DNA of 64,000 nt from Negaprion brevirostris (taxonomy: Eukaryota). Position 1 is the first letter of the stretch. Each line of letters opens with the position of its first letter. Below the pieces are notes generated by a model that saw only the letters and a program-made list of their open reading frames with translations, did no database searches and was not told where the DNA came from. Below are positions 59,273 to 64,000 of this stretch, piece by piece. The position numbers were made by a program, and so were the translations under genes. Location: positions 71,934,346 through 71,998,345 of the forward strand of contig JARDVH010000097.1 of the NCBI GenBank assembly GCA_030324005.1. The letters are read 5' to 3'.

Positions 59273-60187
59273 TTTGTATTGTAGGGTTGTGCCACCCCTA
59301 CAATATAAGCTTTGATGACGTACATGTTAGGCAAGTACATCAGGGTACTTTACTATATTAACATAAACCCAAGCTGTTATAGAAGCTTACCCATCACATC
59401 ACCAAAGCCGACCATAAATACTGAGGACTCACATGCATTCAAATTAAAATTGTTCCCTACTTTGGATATATCTGAACAGAATAAACTGGTGCCATTCCAC
59501 AAGAACAAAGCTTTATAATAACGTGGTTTGTCAGCAGTCAGCTTTTGAAGTGAATACTTCACATTTGTAAACTTGCCAGCATCATAATATTGTGTTTCCT
59601 CTTCCCTAACCACAACTAACAGCATACCTCAAACACAGCAGGGAAAGCTTTTAAGTTAGTGAGAGTTAGTTAGCAATTATACAGCTCCATAACTGAAACA
59701 GTTTCCTCAATGTGTTATTTCAACCAGACACCAAGGCATTTTCAGATGTTTCTTTTTCTTTTCAGTGAATTATAAAGGCAGCTTTTGTGGTAACTGATCC
59801 AACATAGCAATTACACAAATTGGGACTACTGTGGCTCATTTTGAATTGCATCCTTATTAGATCAGAGTCTAGGTTCTCATAGTAAAATGGACTCGCCCTT
59901 GCCTGGAGCTACTATGCCACTAACATTCTCCTCTGTGAAGTGCAGGACTTAGCCCAATTAAATAGTGAACCATTTACATTTAAACTTGCTGCAACTTCAG
60001 CAGTTCACCATTCATATGGGAAAGCAGATATATGACTTGGATTAACTAATAAATGTGTTATAAATACCTGTGCTGGCTCATGCAGCACTGAACTGGATGT
60101 AAAGCGCATTTTTTTGACGTGGCAAACAGCAAATCCTCGCATGAAGTCAAGATTCAGATTAAAGTAGATTTTTTAAAAAACGAGGGT

Positions 60188-60295
60188 ACTATATTTGAAA
60201 TAAAAACAAAATGGGAAAACTCAATAGGTCTGGCTGCATCTATGGAAGGAAAAAGAGAGTTAATGATTCAAATCCACCTATCTTCCTCAGAACTT
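60188..60295. mobile_element. Penelope-like terminal fragment; hammerhead-like motif at 60258-60294 on -
   Basis: Minus strand reads agtt-ctgagga-agat(aggtgg)attt-gaat-ca-tt-aact. Confidence 0.6.
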
Positions 60296-61189
60296 TTACA
60301 CTGTAAGGGTCCAGAAGCATAGATATTTTTGCAATCTTCAATTCAGATCTGTACTTGCTGCTCCTTATTATGAATTCCTAGAATGCTGTAAGAGGTTGAA
60401 GTATCAGTGTCTGTCAGGCTACACTTTAAATTTAAAACTTTGTTTCAAAAGATTATAATACTAAATAGGAGACTGGATAAACCAAAAATGACATACTTAG
60501 CACGAGAGAAATATTAATAACAATAAGTACAATTAATGTGAAATATCTTTCACTCGGGCAAATGAAGCTATGGTGAACCAGGGATCCAAGCTGTGAATGC
60601 TCCTGGTTCTGGTACACATAAATGAACCAGAGTTTCAGTTAGAGTGTAAAGTAATTTAATGTGAAAGCTAGAAGTGGTGACTCAGTAGAAGCAGCCAAAA
60701 CGCTACAGAGATCTTGATGATGCTTGCATTTGAACGAGTCAATCATTAACAACATAAGTTCAATGTGGACAAATTCAAAGGACTGAGCTCCATGGTTAAG
60801 GTTGAACTAGCCAACAAGGAACTAAAGAAAGCATCTTTAATCAATTAATCACTCACTATATCTAAAAGTGTAGCAAAAAACAAAGCAAAAATGATGCACT
60901 AAAAGTACTCTGTTTTGTCAAATTTATTTACTGACACAGCCAGTTTTCAACAGCTGAAGTTTTTAGTAGGCTTGCAGGAGACCAAGACATAGTTTCTTGA
61001 ATTAGTCAATCAGATGCCTTGATGATCAGACTGGTTCTATTGAAGTCTGAAATCAATTAGGTATAAGGAATCTTTTACCTTCACCGATTTCATTAGTGAT
61101 GAGACATTTTAATTGCTTGGACGCCAAGAAAAATTTTAACACCAAGTACTGATGCTATACCAGCACATTCATGCTGATCAGACTCTCCA

Positions 61190-61510
61190 AGAATAAGTCC
61201 CAAATACTGGTCCACTAGAATGTTTACACTGAGGGGCCATTTACCAGCTAGAATGACAATTTGGTGCAACACTGAGGGAGTGTTAAATAGTTAGACATTC
61301 TGTCCTATACATTAAATCAAGGTCCGCCTGTTATAGCGTTTGGAATAGACTTCAGAGATTTCTCAGAACTACTGAAGATAAAGAAATTATCTGGATGCCA
61401 TGGCTAACATTCTCCCTCAAATGAACATCCTGCAAATCTGTTGAAATCACCTCATTGTGGAAAGTTACAACTGTGAAGTTTTATAAGATGGTTATGTTTT
61501 AAACTGTCTC
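61190..61510 (+). mobile_element. Deu-domain SINE
   Basis: cactgagggagtg...cattaaatcaaggtcc...tggctaacattctccctcaa core. Confidence 0.6.
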
Positions 61511-62454
61511 CTTTAATTCAAGGTACTGTAGTAGAGAGGGACATTTGTTCTTCTACTTGTTTTCTCTGGCAATAAGCCCATGTGACCTAACTGTCATTGA
61601 ACAGCAACCCAGCTCAAGCCCTATTGAAAGTAAGATGCCACTTTTTAGCACCATGAGGCAGAGGAAAAAGCAGCTGACCTTACCATTGCCTGACTTACTG
61701 ACTCAGAGACCCTGAATCGAGAAAGTGTACCCGAGAGAGAAAGATACATAGGAAAACAGCAGCTCCTGTGAGTAGCAGAGGAAAAAAAATCTGTTTTTCG
61801 TCAATCATCAGGCAATGTGATGGGAATGGATTCTTTGGTTGAAGAGATGGAGATTTAAGGATATTGGAAAATTCGCTCTGACATGGAATGGAAGAAGAGT
61901 CACAGGAGTGGATTTTGCTAATGAAAGTCAGTTAGGGATTCTCAGAAAACTGAAGAAAATGACTTCTGATGAATAATGGATGTTATGACACAGTCAGAGG
62001 GGAGAAGCAAGCCNNNNNNNNNNNNNNNNNNNNNNNNNNNNNNNNNNNNNNNNNNNNNNNNNNNNNNNNNNNNNNNTGTGTTAACAAAAGGGATATCTTT
62101 TCTGTAGTTCAGTACATTAGTTGCCAACTAATATTTGGTCAATGTTGCTTTTAGTGTGCTTGCTACAGAAAGTTTTAGAACATGAAATCATTTGAATCAG
62201 TCATTAGGAATTCAAAATATTTTTTAGTTATCAGTCTCAAAGGGGATCGTTAAAGGAACCTTGTGCAGATGAATGTCACATTTATTTAAATACCAAAAGT
62301 CAGTATATTTTCTAAGTAATTTATTATACATGAAGGTCTCTAAAATGTTTCTGGGAGATGTGCTAAATTAACACAAGCTTTTCTTACGTTGAATGCAGAT
62401 ACGGGATTTTTACAAATTCTTTCAGGACGGAAAAACAGTTGATTGGCAGCGGAC

Positions 62455-63800
62455 TTGGTGATTCATCCCCAGGTCACAGCAAAGCTGGAAAAGCCATTTA
62501 ACAGCCAAGGAACAACATAGCTCCTGGAGAAGACAGAGCCTCTGCTGAAATTCTAAAACATGGTGGAGATATACTCCTCGCACAGCTGCGCAACCTAACG
62601 TCTCTCATCTGGGAAGAGTGCTTGCTGGGGAATCTCAGTGACGTTGTGATCATGAGTATATTCAAGAAAGGAGACAAGTATGATTGTGGTTACTATAGAA
62701 GAGCCTCCCTGACTTCTTCCAGAATCACAGTGCTGCTTTCACCCATCAAGATGCACCATAGATATGATCTTCACTGCATGACAAATTCAAGAAAAATGCA
62801 AGGAACAGCACCACATGGCCTTTCCTGACCTCAAAAAGCCTTGTCTGTGAATCCTATGGAGCATCCTCCTCAACTTTGGCTGCCTTCAAAAATTTATCAT
62901 TTCCACCTACTCCACAATGATCTATAAGCTGTGATCCTCACCAGCAGAATGCATCTGTGAAAACTGGGGTCAAACAAGGCTGTGTCATTGCATAAAATCT
63001 CTTCTTCATTTTCCTCACCGCAGTACCGCACTTCACCCTCAGCAAATTACCCACAGGGGTGAACAGATCGGAAATTCTTCAACATATGCCATCTTCAATC
63101 CAAAACCAAAACCATTCCAATCTCAATCATAGATCTTCAGTGCATGCACTCAATCAGAAACTGAGCTCCAGGTTATTGTTGACTCCTTCTCTGAAGCATA
63201 TGATAAAATGACCTTTCACTGAAAACCAAGGAAACTAAAGTCCTCTTTTACGCAGCTTCTGCAGCAAAACACCTCTCTCATCAATTAAAGTCAACAGTGA
63301 TATATGGTAAATGTGGACCATTTTTGTATTTGGGAGCCTCCTCTTGGTGGAGGCAGACATAGACAAAAATATTTATCATTAGTCTTTGGCTGAATGAGAA
63401 AAAGGGTATTTGAGGATCAGGATCTCAAACCAGAGACTAAGGTTATGGTTTACCTGGCAGCAATAGTCTCCACGCTCCTGTGTGCTTCGGACACTTGGGC
63501 AACTTACAACTTGTACCTTTGCGAGATCCTCCAAATTTGGTGTCAAGAAGGATGGTCCAACAGCAGTGTCCTTTCCTGCCAACATACCCAGCACTGAAGT
63601 GCTAATGGCTCAAAATCAGCTTTGAGAGTGGGACATGAAGTTCACATGGCTGATAGAAGGCCTTTGAAGTAGTTTCTCAACTTGGAACTCTTGGATACTT
63701 TCAAGAGGACAGTGGGAACACTTCAGCGATGCACTCAAAACATCCCTGAAGAGGGTCAAACATATGAGTCAACTCATGGGAGATTGTGGCTTGTGACACA
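62455..63800 (+). mobile_element. RTE (BovB-like) LINE remnant
   Basis: KAI...NN.APGED...AEILKHGG, IFKKGDKYDCGYYR, KTGVKQGCVI, VDHFLYLGS, RKRVFEDQDLKPETKVMVY motifs; decayed. Confidence 0.85.
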
Positions 63801-63802
63801 AA

Positions 63803-64000
63803 AACATAAAGAGGATCAGAAGTAGACCATATGGCCCATTGAGCCTGATTCACTGTCATTCAATACAATCATGGCTGACCTTTGGCTTCAACTCCATTTT
63901 CCCACTCACTCCCCACAACCCTTACTCCCTGCATGACAAAAAACTATCCCAGCCTTAAATGCATTTCAACACTGGAGCATCCACAACTCTCTTGGGTAAA
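63803..64000 (-). mobile_element. CR1 3' end
   Basis: aacataaagaggatcagaagtagaccatatggcccattgagcctg...atcatggctga. Confidence 0.8.

Overview
Vertebrate genomic DNA, almost certainly from a shark or other elasmobranch (HE1/V-type SINEs, shark-type CR1 LINEs, Deu-domain SINEs). It comes from a short-read scaffold with many N gaps. Only two host genes are represented, and they lie tail-to-tail. On + are the last coding exons of TNFRSF19/TROY (538-660, 4133-4235, 7953-8373, and a probable micro terminal exon at 10282-10293 versus intron read-through to 8421). On - is the last coding exon of MIPEP (56103-56006). This is the same convergent pair seen in human. Most of the rest is a deeply nested transposon graveyard: CR1, an ORF1-less CR1/L2-group LINE and its derived SINE, RTE, two Gypsy elements, solo LTRs, Penelope-like termini, and Harbinger-type elements and MITEs. 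The most notable observations are: (1) a tRNA-headed SINE built from the 5' UTR plus 3' tail of an ORF1-less LINE, with two different deletion junctions visible; (2) decayed minimal hammerhead ribozymes in Penelope-like termini; (3) the splice-versus-read-through C-terminal switch of TNFRSF19 apparently conserved from shark to human; (4) a 26-nt element duplicated almost perfectly in the TNFRSF19 3' UTR region; and (5) V-SINEs with two different 3' tails. Homologies are by eye against recalled sequences; no searches were run, and TE boundaries are approximate.
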